From the NCBI GenBank assembly GCA_028707175.1, contig JAQTUV010000005.1, forward strand, positions 207,618-271,617: a DNA stretch of 64,000 bases. Reading direction: 5' to 3'. The position numbers were made by a program, and so were the translations under genes. The DNA is from Sideroxydans sp. GTDB taxonomy: Bacteria > Pseudomonadota > Gammaproteobacteria > Burkholderiales > Gallionellaceae. Shown in pieces: positions 38,237 through 48,420 of this stretch. The notes beneath the pieces are model-generated. The model was not told the DNA's origin. It was given only the letters and a program-made list of their open reading frames with translations, and made no database searches. Every line of letters starts with the position of its first letter. Position 1 is the first letter of the stretch.

Positions 38237-39739
38237 ATGACTTGGGAAATCGTCATCGGACTGGAAGTACACACCCAGCTCTCGACCAATACAAAGATAT
38301 TTTCGGGCGCATCGACTGCGTTCGGCGCAGAACCCAACACACAAGCCGATGCCGTGAGTCTGGCTTTGCCTGGCGTGTTGCCTGTGCTAAACAAAGGTGC
38401 GGTAGAACGCGCCATCAAGTTCGGCTTGGCGACGGGCGCGCACATCGCGCCGCGCTCGGTGTTCGCACGCAAGAATTATTTCTACCCTGACCTTCCGAAG
38501 GGCTACCAGATAAGCCAGTTCGATCTGCCCGTCGTGGGACAAGGTTCGCTCACCATCCAAGTCGAGCCCTTATCTGGCAACGCAAAACCTTACGAGAAGA
38601 CCGTGCGCATCACACGTGCACACTTGGAAGAAGACGCGGGTAAATCTGTTCACGGTGAATCACAAGGCGTGACGGGTGTGGACTTGAACCGCGCAGGTAC
38701 ACCGCTGCTGGAGATCGTCTCCGAGCCAGACATGTGTTCCGCCGCTGAAGCAGTCGCCTACGCCAAAGCCCTGCACACACTGGTACGCTGGATCGGCATC
38801 TGCGACGGCAACATGCAAGAAGGTTCGTTCCGTTGCGACGTGAACGTGTCGGTGCGCAAGCCAGGCCAACCGCTGGGCACGCGCCGCGAGATCAAGAACC
38901 TGAACTCGTTCAAGTTCATGCAACAAGCTATCGACTACGAAGTGCAATGGCAAATCGACACGATTGAAAATGGCGGCAAGGTGCAGCAAGCCACCATCCT
39001 GTTCAACCCCGATACGGGCGAGACGCGTGCGATGCGTAGCAAAGAAGATGCGCATGACTATCGCTACTTCCCCGATCCCGATCTGTTGCCGTTGGAGATC
39101 AGTGAAGAATGGAAAGAACGAGTACGCGCCACACTGCCAGAATTGCCGCAGACAAAGCAGGCTCGTTATGTGAACCAACTCGGTTTGTCCGCCTACGATG
39201 CGAGCATCCTTACCTCATCGCGCGAGATGGCGGATTTCTTTGAGATTACAGTTCACTCATTCATGTCACAAGTTCTTAGTGACATGAATACTAGTGCCGC
39301 CCGACCTGCTGATCCAATCGTAGCAAAGAGTTGCGCGAACTGGATCATCGGCGAAGTCGGCGCGCAATTGAACCGCGACGGTCTCGATATGTCGCAATGC
39401 CCAATCACTGCACTACAACTCGGCGGCATGCTGATGCGCATCGCCGACGGCACGATCTCCAACTCAGGTGCGAAAGAAGTGTTCCGCACCATGTGGGCAG
39501 AGGGTGGCGATGCGGATGCCATCATCGAGGCGAAAGGCCTCAAGCAAGTCTCCGACAGTGGTGCGATCGAAGCGATTGTGGATGGCGTGATGGCAGCCAA
39601 TGCAGACAAAGTGGCTGAATACCGCAGCGGCAAAGACAAACTGTTCGGCTTCTTCGTTGGCGCGGCAATGAAAGCAAGCCAAGGCAAAGCCAATCCAGCA
39701 CAGTTGAATGAGGTGTTGAAGAAGAAGTTAGCAGCTTAA
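38237..39739 (+). CDS. gatB: Asp/Glu-tRNA amidotransferase subunit B (with a ~20-aa in-frame insertion)
   Basis: It has [28 protein letters not shown] and a C-terminal GatB_Yqey-like domain. It carries an extra segment, [23 protein letters not shown], encoded by an AT-rich palindrome. Confidence 0.93.
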   Translation: MTWEIVIGLEVHTQLSTNTKIFSGASTAFGAEPNTQADAVSLALPGVLPVLNKGAVERAIKFGLATGAHIAPRSVFARKNYFYPDLPKGYQISQFDLPVVGQGSLTIQVEPLSGNAKPYEKTVRITRAHLEEDAGKSVHGESQGVTGVDLNRAGTPLLEIVSEPDMCSAAEAVAYAKALHTLVRWIGICDGNMQEGSFRCDVNVSVRKPGQPLGTRREIKNLNSFKFMQQAIDYEVQWQIDTIENGGKVQQATILFNPDTGETRAMRSKEDAHDYRYFPDPDLLPLEISEEWKERVRATLPELPQTKQARYVNQLGLSAYDASILTSSREMADFFEITVHSFMSQVLSDMNTSAARPADPIVAKSCANWIIGEVGAQLNRDGLDMSQCPITALQLGGMLMRIADGTISNSGAKEVFRTMWAEGGDADAIIEAKGLKQVSDSGAIEAIVDGVMAANADKVAEYRSGKDKLFGFFVGAAMKASQGKANPAQLNEVLKKKLAA

Positions 39740-39781
39740 TTTTCGGCGTGCACAGCGCCGCTTAAAATTCGAGGGGAAATC

Positions 39782-41332
39782 ATGTTGCGTTCTATTCTGG
39801 TAGTCGTAGTCACTTCTTTGTTCTTAAGCGCCTGTGGCACGAATCCTGTCACTGGTAAGCGAGAACTTCAGTTCGTCTCCGAATCGCAAGAGATCGCGAT
39901 GGGCCAACAAAATTACGGCCCCGCCCGCCAACAACAAGGCGGTGATTACGTGATCGACCCTGAGTTAACCGCCTACGTGCAAAGCGTGGGCAACAAACTC
40001 GCTGCGGTTGCTGACCGCAAACTCCCTTATGAATTCGTAGTGCTGAATGACTCCGTGCCTAACGCATGGGCCATGCCGGGCGGCAAAATCGCGTTCAATC
40101 GCGGCCTGCTTTATGAGTTGAATAGTGAAGCAGAATTAGCCGCCGTATTGGGGCACGAAATTGTCCACGCCGCCGCGCGTCACGGCGCAAAAAGTATGGA
40201 GTCGGGCATGTTGCTACAAGGTGCGGTGCTGGCTACTGGCATCGCAACACAAGATAAGAGCTACGGCAATTTAGCTGTTGGTGCAGCGCAGTTAAGCTCG
40301 CAACTTATCTCTACCAAATATGGCCGCGACAACGAGTCCGAGTCAGATAAATACGGCATGCTGTATATGAAACGCGCTGGCTACGATCCGCGTGCTGCCG
40401 TCACTTTACAAGAAACATTTGTACGCCTGAGCAAAGGCCAGCAGAGCGATTTCATTTCAGGATTATTCGCCAGCCATCCTCCTTCAGAAGAACGCGTCGC
40501 AGCCAACAAAGTAACACTCGCTGAATTGGGTGAAGGCGGCGAAATGGGACGAGAAATCTACGCGCAAAAAGTAGGCAAATTGAAAGCGACCCATCCTGCA
40601 TACAGCGCCTACGATCAAGGTGTTCAAGCATTGAGTAAAGGCGACACGGCTACCGCCACGACACTCGCCAAAAAAGCGGTGGCAGGCGAACCGCGCGAAG
40701 CACGCTTCCAAGAACTATTAGGTGACATTTCGCTCACGCAAAAGAACAGCGCCGCTGCACTTCCGTTCTACCAACGTGCCATCCAAATGCAACCGGATTA
40801 TTTCCGTCCGCATCTACAAAGCGGCATCGCGCTAAAAAACCTAGGCCGCAACCCAGAAGCAGAAGTCGCACTCAGCAAGAGCAATTCACTCCTGCCCACC
40901 GCCCCCGCACACGCCCTACTCGGCCAACTGGCTGAAACGCGTGGCGACACCGACGCGGCAATGCAAAATTACAGCGCCGCCGCAGGCTCTGATTCCAGCG
41001 CGGGACAATTCGCTGCCGCCAACTTAACGCGCCTCGATTTACCCAGAAATCCCGGGAAATATTTGAAGAGCGGCGTGCAAGCCGATGCTAAGGGCAACCT
41101 CTACGCCGTAGTACAAAACCCCACCGCCGTCACCATCAGCAACGTGCAAGTACGCGTCGTGCAATTCGATGCAACCACACGCCAACCTGTCGCCCAAAGC
41201 CAACCGCTTTACATCCCCTCAAGCATCGCCTCAAATCAACAAGGCAATGTGCCAGTCGGCATACGCGTAGCATCACAACAAGAGTTGGCTTTGTTCCAAG
41301 TGCAGATTGTGAGTGCAGTGGTGAATAAGTAG
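39782..41332 (+). CDS. M48-family zinc metalloprotease with C-terminal TPR repeats, lipoprotein
   Basis: The lipobox is LFLSACG and the zinc motif is HEIVHAAARH. The TPR-like repeats are ALPFYQRAIQMQPDYF... It is 516 aa. Confidence 0.85.
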   Translation: MLRSILVVVVTSLFLSACGTNPVTGKRELQFVSESQEIAMGQQNYGPARQQQGGDYVIDPELTAYVQSVGNKLAAVADRKLPYEFVVLNDSVPNAWAMPGGKIAFNRGLLYELNSEAELAAVLGHEIVHAAARHGAKSMESGMLLQGAVLATGIATQDKSYGNLAVGAAQLSSQLISTKYGRDNESESDKYGMLYMKRAGYDPRAAVTLQETFVRLSKGQQSDFISGLFASHPPSEERVAANKVTLAELGEGGEMGREIYAQKVGKLKATHPAYSAYDQGVQALSKGDTATATTLAKKAVAGEPREARFQELLGDISLTQKNSAAALPFYQRAIQMQPDYFRPHLQSGIALKNLGRNPEAEVALSKSNSLLPTAPAHALLGQLAETRGDTDAAMQNYSAAAGSDSSAGQFAAANLTRLDLPRNPGKYLKSGVQADAKGNLYAVVQNPTAVTISNVQVRVVQFDATTRQPVAQSQPLYIPSSIASNQQGNVPVGIRVASQQELALFQVQIVSAVVNK

Positions 41333-41535
41333 TTGTAACCGCAAAGTAGATAGCCTCACGGCTGAAATCGGCCACTTTGAGTGGCTCAATATTTTTGATG
41401 TAACTTCCATTCAGAAATTATATAAGCCGATTTCAGATTGACGCGATACGAGGGGAAGTTTTTATGAGAGAACGTTTTGCCTTATTGAGCTTCTTTTCAC
41501 AATGAGTAGCTTGCAAATTCTGCAGGAGTTTAATT

Positions 41536-42441
41536 GTGCCATCGGATACGTATATGAACTACTACGAACTGCTTGAAGTTAGTGCTAATGCAAGTCCCGA
41601 GGTGATAAAAGCCGCGTATAAAAGTTTGATGCAGCGCAACCACCCCGACAAAAATCCTAACAACATTGAAGCTGAAGAACGCTCAATACTATTGACTAAA
41701 GCATTTGAAATACTCTCTGATAAAACTAAGCGTAGCGCATACGACTTAGAACTACAGCAATTATTGCAACCTGCATTCCAAACTCAAGCCTCTAATTCTA
41801 CTGTTGCATCTACACCGCAATATGGAAAAAGAAAATCATTTGGCTTCACTGCGTACGTTGTTATTTTTTTAGGCTTGGCTGCATGGTTTGTTTGGGTATC
41901 TAGAGAGAACAAACAACCTAATGCCCCGAATCTCCCCAATCCACAACTGAATAATTCGCTGATATCCGATTTGAAGTCAGATAGTGGGCAAATTACATTA
42001 GCTGTACATGAATCAATTCCCCTTGAAAGGTCAATACCCACTTATCTTAGTGATCTAAAGATTAATTTGGGGATAATGTATAGCAGTGCTGAGAATGGAA
42101 ATGTGGATGCACAGACTGTTTTATCCATTCGTACAGTAGGTGTTGTTGTCGGGGCATTTGAGGCAGAAAAATTTATTTCATTTCTGGCGGATAACAAGCC
42201 GCAAATTTTGATGAAATTGTCAGAAAAGTTGGAAACCGCAAACATCGATTCGTTGCAAAGCAATATGGGTGAGCAGTATTTGAAAGAGCTAATTCTGAAA
42301 TCGCTTGGCGAAATCACGCAAACTGACAGATTTGCAGAATACCCAGTTGCTGGTTCAAATATATCGGCACATTACGGAGTTGTTGAAATTATTTTGCCTG
42401 ATTATTTTTCAGTTATATCCGTGCCAGAAGCAAAACTTTAA
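41536..42441 (+). CDS. Membrane-anchored J-domain protein (J domain - TM - unknown C-terminal domain)
   Basis: It has a canonical J domain with HPD (YYELLEVSANASPEVIKAAYKSLMQRNHPDKNP...AFEILSDKTKRSAYD). The TM helix is FTAYVVIFLGLAAWFVWV. GTG 41536 lies 7 nt after AGGAG; the alternative ATG is at 41554. The gene is AT-rich. Confidence 0.75.
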   Translation: MPSDTYMNYYELLEVSANASPEVIKAAYKSLMQRNHPDKNPNNIEAEERSILLTKAFEILSDKTKRSAYDLELQQLLQPAFQTQASNSTVASTPQYGKRKSFGFTAYVVIFLGLAAWFVWVSRENKQPNAPNLPNPQLNNSLISDLKSDSGQITLAVHESIPLERSIPTYLSDLKINLGIMYSSAENGNVDAQTVLSIRTVGVVVGAFEAEKFISFLADNKPQILMKLSEKLETANIDSLQSNMGEQYLKELILKSLGEITQTDRFAEYPVAGSNISAHYGVVEIILPDYFSVISVPEAKL

Positions 42442-42509
42442 TCGGTGTAACTGGGTAAGCCATACTTGTGAAGACAACTAGGATTGTCGACTTTTTGAGG
42501 GGATTTTAA

Positions 42510-43511
42510 ATGACGGACAAGGTTTTATATCAAATAATTGCCGATGAAATAAAATCAAAAAATATTGATACTGCTTTGTGGGCTCAGGCTAAGGAAGCAG
42601 CACAGGGAGATTTGGACAGAACTGAGGCGAACTACATTCGCTTAAGAATAATCGAACTCATAAAAGCCAGTTCACAACAACAAAACAGCACCTCTCTCAC
42701 CCTTGTAAGCAATGGTGTAGTTAAAGTAGATGAGGTACTGCGTGTCCGCACAGAATTGACAAAGAAATTGCTGGGAGAAAAAAAGTATAGCCTGTACTCA
42801 ATCCTTCGCGTTAGACCGGATGCTAGCGATGCCATGATAAGTGCTGCAATTCAAGAATTACAAGCTGGCAATCTAGATGGCCCTAAGGTTAGTCCCGCTG
42901 AGTTTAAATACGTGAAAGACACATTGGGCCAATCGGATACGCGGCAACAATATGATCGCCAGCTACTTGCAAGCCTTTCAAGTAATTCTATGCAAATTTT
43001 CCAGGATGATGAAGGAGCTGGTATCGGCGATGACAATTCCTGGTGGAATTCCGGAAAGATGACTGTTGTGATAACTACACTTTCAATCGCAATCTTTGGA
43101 TATTTGGGAATTCAATATTTAAAAGTGAAAAATACTGGAGAGGTGCAAAAAATTTCAGTGGAATCACAGATGGAAGTTATGCAAACAATTTCAGATTCGG
43201 AAAAAGCACGCGTTCAAGCCGATATAGATAGAAAAAATGAAGAGGCAAGACGAATTGCTGAAAAGCAAATTCAAGAGATGGAGATGCGCAACAGAACAGC
43301 TGATCGATTGCGCGACGAACAATTGCAACAAGCTGAAGAACGCAAGCTCCAATACGAACAGCAGAAAAACATTCAAGCAGAACAAGAAGCTGCGCGTAAG
43401 GAAGAGATGCGGATTGCCAATGAGAAACGCTACTATACCTGCATGAACGTACAACTATCGCGAGGTATCACCACTTATAATGCCAATGCCGCCTGCGGCT
43501 CCTACCGATGA
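42510..43511 (+). CDS. Membrane protein with a degenerate J-like domain (no HPD) and a C-terminal coiled coil
   Basis: The J-like segment is YSLYSILRVRPDASDAMISAAIQELQAGNLDGPKVSPAEFKYVKDTLGQSDTRQQYDRQL, and it lacks HPD. The TM helix is MTVVITTLSIAIFGYLGIQYL. The tail is E/Q/R-rich. The gene is AT-rich. Confidence 0.6.
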   Translation: MTDKVLYQIIADEIKSKNIDTALWAQAKEAAQGDLDRTEANYIRLRIIELIKASSQQQNSTSLTLVSNGVVKVDEVLRVRTELTKKLLGEKKYSLYSILRVRPDASDAMISAAIQELQAGNLDGPKVSPAEFKYVKDTLGQSDTRQQYDRQLLASLSSNSMQIFQDDEGAGIGDDNSWWNSGKMTVVITTLSIAIFGYLGIQYLKVKNTGEVQKISVESQMEVMQTISDSEKARVQADIDRKNEEARRIAEKQIQEMEMRNRTADRLRDEQLQQAEERKLQYEQQKNIQAEQEAARKEEMRIANEKRYYTCMNVQLSRGITTYNANAACGSYR

Positions 43512-43781
43512 ATTCGGTTTTATGGAAATATCTGCCAACCAAGTAAATAACGGCACTTCGCATTCCTCACACAATTTTCGCCTCACCTGACAACAAAAAT
43601 AATCGCTGAAAAAGCCAAGCAGCGTAAGCTGGCTGCTCTGCTCACACAGAAAACTTAACACTTTGGGGGGCAACGTAATACTCGGCCTATATTCTGAAGT
43701 TCACCATCGCACATTGGCATTCCCAAAGCAGTCTCTCGCCAAGGGCCGCAGCAGGTTAAGAGCACCCATTAAAATCTAGTT

Positions 43782-44504
43782 TTACGCCCCTACTTCAAAT
43801 CGCATCACTCGATAAAAATTAGCAAAGCAGTGTTCGATTTTCGGTTCACCTGCCAGCGTCTTTCCTTGACGCAGCAATGCAGCATTCAATTTCTCCGTCA
43901 CATCTTCCTGCCAGAAGCTAGGTAGAAAAGGCTCTAGATGGCCAATGATGAAACGCGTTGGCCAGAAGCGATACAGCAAGTGTCCACGTGGGGTGTCGCC
44001 GTATTCGGTGATGAGCACCGAGCCGCCACGTTTCACCACGCGCGCGATCTCGTCGTACACGTGTTGTCGTGCTTCGGGTGGGAGTTCGTGAAAGAGGAAG
44101 AACAGGATAACTTGGTCGAATGAATCGTTGGCATACCCCAACGATTCGGCGTTCATGCGCGTGAGCAGGCAGCGGTCTGCAACGTCCGTCGTTTTGCCGC
44201 GCGCTAATTCCAACTGCCCTATCGCAACATCACATAGATGCACTTCGTTGTCGGTATGTCGTACCAACGAGGGGGTGAGCTTGCCGTATACGCAGGTGAG
44301 TTGCAGTAGCTTGGCACCCGGCTTGCGCTCTACATGCGCGAGCGTCTTTTGCATCAGCTTTTCGTATTGTCCGAACAGGATGGCGTTGATGATAGGCTGG
44401 TGATCGAAGAACCAGATGCTTCTAGGCCATAGGTAGGCCCACCAATAATGGTGGGCTAGATATTCGGGAACGCCGCCGTTTTGAAATCGTTTGTAGATCG
44501 CCAT
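43782..44504 (-). CDS. rquA: RquA-like class I methyltransferase-fold protein (candidate rhodoquinone biosynthesis enzyme)
   Basis: As I recall them, the RquA hallmarks are PEYLAHHYWWAYLWP, an atypical motif I LLQLTCVYGKL (in place of DxGxGxG), and ILFFLFHELP. The family call is from memory and was not searched. Confidence 0.55.
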   Translation of the reverse strand: MAIYKRFQNGGVPEYLAHHYWWAYLWPRSIWFFDHQPIINAILFGQYEKLMQKTLAHVERKPGAKLLQLTCVYGKLTPSLVRHTDNEVHLCDVAIGQLELARGKTTDVADRCLLTRMNAESLGYANDSFDQVILFFLFHELPPEARQHVYDEIARVVKRGGSVLITEYGDTPRGHLLYRFWPTRFIIGHLEPFLPSFWQEDVTEKLNAALLRQGKTLAGEPKIEHCFANFYRVMRFEVGA

Positions 44505-44506
44505 CG

Positions 44507-45316
44507 TTATCTCTTCAGTAGTCCGCGTGGTTTGTGTGGCGCATTGGCGAACAGTCGGTCATACAGCCAGTTTGGTAATCGTTTCATCACCCATCCCACA
44601 ACACCCATCTGCCACGGCACGACGGCGAACGAACAACCTCGTTCGATGACGCGCGCCATACGCCGCGCCGCTTCTTCTGGTGCCAAGATGAATGGCATGG
44701 GATAAGGATTGATGTCGGTCATGGGCGTTTTGATGTAACCCGGCGCAATGGTGACGACCTTCACGCCACTGCCGTGCATCTCGACACGTAATGATTCCAA
44801 ATAAGAGATGGCGGCGGCTTTAGACGCTGAGTAGGCACTAGCACCGGGCAGTCCACGGAAGCCGGCGACGCTGGCGATGCCGACGAGCGTTGGAGGAAAG
44901 AGTGCTCCCTCCCCCCCAGCCCCTCTCCCAACGGGGGAGGGGCGTTGTGTTCGCATCGCTTCTACGAAGGGCTGGAAGGTATTCACCATGCCGAGCACGT
45001 TGATGTCCATCACTTGCTTGAATGCGTCGAGGTCTTCGGCGTATTCGGTGAGTGTGCCGACACTCACACCCGCATTGGCGATGACGATATCGGGCACGCC
45101 GACTTTCTGAATAAAATCTTGTGCCGCTTGTTGAATAGCAGATTCGTCACGCACATCGAGCGTGTAGCAATGGACTTGATTGGGGAATTCACTTGCGAGG
45201 GCTTGTAACAACTCGCCACGACGGGCAAAGGCGGCGACAGTTGCGCCGCACTCAAGATAATGGCGCGTGAGGGCTAGACCGATGCCACTCGACGCGCCAC
45301 TGATTACAACTCTCAT
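44507..45316 (-). CDS. Short-chain dehydrogenase/reductase (SDR) with an in-frame REP-derived insertion
   Basis: The cofactor motif is ISGASSGIGLAL and the catalytic motif is YSASKAAAISY. The segment RPSPVGRGAGGEGALFPP interrupts the region before IASVAG and is encoded by a family A repeat. Confidence 0.85.
   Translation of the reverse strand: MRVVISGASSGIGLALTRHYLECGATVAAFARRGELLQALASEFPNQVHCYTLDVRDESAIQQAAQDFIQKVGVPDIVIANAGVSVGTLTEYAEDLDAFKQVMDINVLGMVNTFQPFVEAMRTQRPSPVGRGAGGEGALFPPTLVGIASVAGFRGLPGASAYSASKAAAISYLESLRVEMHGSGVKVVTIAPGYIKTPMTDINPYPMPFILAPEEAARRMARVIERGCSFAVVPWQMGVVGWVMKRLPNWLYDRLFANAPHKPRGLLKR
44900..44945. repeat. Family A REP-like unit located inside the SDR coding sequence
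   Basis: The sequence gtgctccctcccccccagcccctctcccaacgggggaggggcg contains the hairpin cccctc..gggggagggg, related to the intergenic nif repeats. Confidence 0.7.
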
Positions 45317-45945
45317 CAGCGTTTATTCGCTTGACGTTCCTTACGTGCGATCTTGATGACTTCATCCAATACGCGAATGGTGTCTGCTGGCTCAAGACCT
45401 GTGATGATGTATTTACCATCAACTGCGATAGTCGGTGTGCCACGAATGCCAAAGCTCTGCACTAGTTGGGTACTACGCGCGACCTTGCTTTGCAGAGAGA
45501 AAGAGTTGTATGCCGCACCAAACTTCGCCTTATCCACGCCACGCTTAGCCACGAATGCAGTGATCTTTGCTTCGTCACTCAGATCTGTGTTGTACACATT
45601 CCATGCTTCGAATAGATCGTTGTGCAATTTCTCACGTTGACCGATGGATTCCAATGCGTAGAAAGTACGCGCCATAGGCTCCCATGTGTCTCGGAAGATG
45701 ACCGGCACAAATTGCAGCCCCACATCCTTAGGCATTGTCTTTTCCCATTTGCTCAATGGGCCGTGCAGGTGATAACAATGCGAACAACCATAGAAGAAAA
45801 ACTCCAATATTTCCACCTTGCTGCCGCTAGCGGTTGGTTGTGCAGGATTCAATAGTTTGTAATCTCGCCCCGCTACTACTTCAGCATGAGCTTGTGTAGC
45901 GACCATCAACACCAGCACCGCGAACAATTTACGCAACAGCACCAT
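45316..45945 (-). CDS. dsbA: Thiol:disulfide interchange protein DsbA
   Basis: It has a signal peptide and the active site FFFYGCSHCYHL. It is 209 aa. Confidence 0.9.
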   Translation of the reverse strand: MVLLRKLFAVLVLMVATQAHAEVVAGRDYKLLNPAQPTASGSKVEILEFFFYGCSHCYHLHGPLSKWEKTMPKDVGLQFVPVIFRDTWEPMARTFYALESIGQREKLHNDLFEAWNVYNTDLSDEAKITAFVAKRGVDKAKFGAAYNSFSLQSKVARSTQLVQSFGIRGTPTIAVDGKYIITGLEPADTIRVLDEVIKIARKERQANKR

Positions 45946-45961
45946 ATTTATCTCCTAACGA

Positions 45962-46552
45962 TTATTGAACACGCACCGCCGTAGCGTTGCTAATACCATT
46001 TTGCTGCAAGGTAACGATTGCCGCATTGGCATCTGACAAGCCCACATAAGGCCCCAGACGTACACGGTGATAGACACCTTTACCTGCAACGTCAGCCGAC
46101 TGCACACTGGCCTCCATGCCTAGGAGCGCCAATTTTGCTTTTAGTTTCTCAGCATCTGCAACATTTTGAAACGAAGCCGCCTGCACAAAGTAGTTAGCCG
46201 TATCACTAGCCGCTTTCACCGCCGCTTTAGCGGCAGGTGATTTTGCATCCAGCTCTTGATGAGGCGCATCGACCTTGTCTGGCAAAGCTTTGTAGAACTC
46301 ATAATTTGGATTTGCATTCACCGCTGAAGTGGCTACAACTGGGGGCTTCACCACTGGTGCGACGGCAGGTGCCTCCACCTTTGGCGTCTCGCGCACTTCT
46401 TTCTTAGAAAATGCGTTGTCACTATGCTCCACCACATACCACGCGATAAAACCCGCGATAGCCAAACCCAAAACCATCCCAACGATCAACGCCGCAAATA
46501 CTTTTGCATTGGGCGATCCACCACCGCTGCTGTTACTACTGCCTTTAGCCAT
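45962..46552 (-). CDS. SPOR domain-containing cell-division protein
   Basis: It has an N-terminal TM helix, a Pro/Ala/Val-rich linker and a C-terminal SPOR-like domain (YFVQAASFQNVADAEKLKAKLALLG...YHRVRLGPY). It lies downstream of argS. Confidence 0.8.
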   Translation of the reverse strand: MAKGSSNSSGGGSPNAKVFAALIVGMVLGLAIAGFIAWYVVEHSDNAFSKKEVRETPKVEAPAVAPVVKPPVVATSAVNANPNYEFYKALPDKVDAPHQELDAKSPAAKAAVKAASDTANYFVQAASFQNVADAEKLKAKLALLGMEASVQSADVAGKGVYHRVRLGPYVGLSDANAAIVTLQQNGISNATAVRVQ

Positions 46553-46570
46553 GTTTGTTCCTTTGTGAGA

Positions 46571-48247
46571 TTACATCTTCTCGGGCGCAGACACACCCAA
46601 CAAAGCCAGGCCATTCTTTAACACCTGCGCCACAGCCGCGATCAATGCCAGACGTGCCAACTTGATTTTTTCATCGTCAACCAAAAAGCGCGAGGCATTG
46701 TAGTAGCTGTGGAAATCAGCTGCCAACTCTTTGAGGTAAAACGCGACCTGATGCGGCGCAAGGTCTTCTGCTGCTGTCTCGATCACTTGCGGGTAATCGA
46801 TCATGCGTTGCAACACAGCAGATTCATATTCACTATCCAACACACTCACATCGGCATGCAATAACGCAGCACGTTCACCGCCCCACTGCGCCAACACGGT
46901 GCTAATACGCGCATGGGCATATTGAATGTAATAAACGGGATTGTCGTTGCTCTGCGATTTCGCCAAATCGATGTCGAACACCAGTTGCGAATCAGGGTGA
47001 CGCGCGGCGAGGAAATAACGCGTCGCATCGCATCCCACTTCGTCGATGAGGTCACGCAAGGTGACGTAGCTGCCCGCACGTTTGGAGATCTTCACCTCTT
47101 CGCCGTTCTTCAACACGGTCACCATCTGGTGCAACACGTAATCTGGCCAGCCTTTAGGGATGCCTTCGTCCAACGCTTGCAGACCTGCGCGCACACGTGT
47201 GATGGTGCTGTGGTGGTCGGAACCTTGTTCGTTGATGACGCGCACAAAACCACGCTTCCATTTTTCCAAATGGTAGGCAACGTCAGGCACGAAATAGGTG
47301 TAGCCACCATCGGTCTTGCGCATCACGCGGTCTTTGTCGTCACCAAAATCAGTGGTGCGCAACCAAAGCGCGCCTTCCTGCTCGTAAGTGTGTCCACTAG
47401 CGATGAGCTTCTGCACCGTCGCTTCCACTTTGCCTTCGGTGTAGAGCGCAGACTCCAAGGAGAACACATCGAACTCGACGCCGAACGCGCGCAAGTCTAA
47501 ATCTTGTTCGCGGCGCAGATAGGCGACAGCGAAATGGCGGATAGATTCGACGTCATCCACATCACCACTACCGGTCGTGCTTTGATCGCTAGAAACAACT
47601 GTTTCTTTCGCGAGATAAGCGCGCGCCACGTCGGCGATGTAGTCACCGCGATAGCCACTTTCCGGCCATGAAGCATCGTCGGGCGTGACACCCTTACAGC
47701 GCAGTTGCACCGACAAAGTGAGATTGTCGATCTGCACGCCTGCATCGTTGTAATAGAACTCGCGCGTCACATCCCAGCCTGCGGCATCCAACACGCTGCA
47801 CAAACAATCACCCACTGCCGCACCGCGACCATGACCGACGTGCAACGGGCCTGTTGGGTTCGCAGAAACAAACTCAACGCCCACCTTCTTGCCCGCGCCC
47901 GCATTGACACGGCCGTAATTTGCAGCCGCTTGCAACACACCCCGCACCACCTCTTGCTTGGCGGCTTTGGTGATGAACACGTTGATGAAACCCGCACCCG
48001 CGATCTCCACCTTCTCCACCACATCGGATTTGGGCAAAGCCGCGATCAGCGCATTGGCGATGTCGCGTGGCGATTTACGCAATGGCTTCGCCAACTGCAT
48101 CGCCAGATTGCAGGCGTAATCGCCATGCGAGGCTTGTTTAGGACGCTCGATAAGGATCGTCGCACCGACGAAATCGGGCGCGACCTCGCGCAAAGCATGC
48201 GCGAAAGATTCAGCTAAATGAGATTTGAAATTGAGGACAGCGGACAT
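46571..48247 (-). CDS. argS: Arginine--tRNA ligase
   Basis: It is 558 aa with the class I HIGH region [15 protein letters not shown] and the C-terminal anticodon-binding (DALR) region. Confidence 0.95.
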   Translation of the reverse strand: MSAVLNFKSHLAESFAHALREVAPDFVGATILIERPKQASHGDYACNLAMQLAKPLRKSPRDIANALIAALPKSDVVEKVEIAGAGFINVFITKAAKQEVVRGVLQAAANYGRVNAGAGKKVGVEFVSANPTGPLHVGHGRGAAVGDCLCSVLDAAGWDVTREFYYNDAGVQIDNLTLSVQLRCKGVTPDDASWPESGYRGDYIADVARAYLAKETVVSSDQSTTGSGDVDDVESIRHFAVAYLRREQDLDLRAFGVEFDVFSLESALYTEGKVEATVQKLIASGHTYEQEGALWLRTTDFGDDKDRVMRKTDGGYTYFVPDVAYHLEKWKRGFVRVINEQGSDHHSTITRVRAGLQALDEGIPKGWPDYVLHQMVTVLKNGEEVKISKRAGSYVTLRDLIDEVGCDATRYFLAARHPDSQLVFDIDLAKSQSNDNPVYYIQYAHARISTVLAQWGGERAALLHADVSVLDSEYESAVLQRMIDYPQVIETAAEDLAPHQVAFYLKELAADFHSYYNASRFLVDDEKIKLARLALIAAVAQVLKNGLALLGVSAPEKM

Positions 48248-48305
48248 GAAACAGCACCTTAAAAGAGGCGCGGATTATAGCATTGGGGAGCGCGCTAGTT
48301 GTTTA

Positions 48306-48380
48306 AGAGCTTGTCGCCTCGTGAGTATCAAAGGTCGTTCGTCCTGAGTAGGCGTAGCCGTATCGAAGGATGGGTGAAGC
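48306..48380. repeat. REP-like repeat family B-related unit
   Basis: The sequence gagcttgtcgcctcgtgag...cgttcgtcctgagtaggcgtagccgtatcgaaggatgg resembles 6766-6846 (gagcttgtcgaaggg). Confidence 0.5.
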
Positions 48381-48420
48381 ACGCTGGTTTTAATTGATGG
48401 GTATCGCTACGTTGGCTGTT

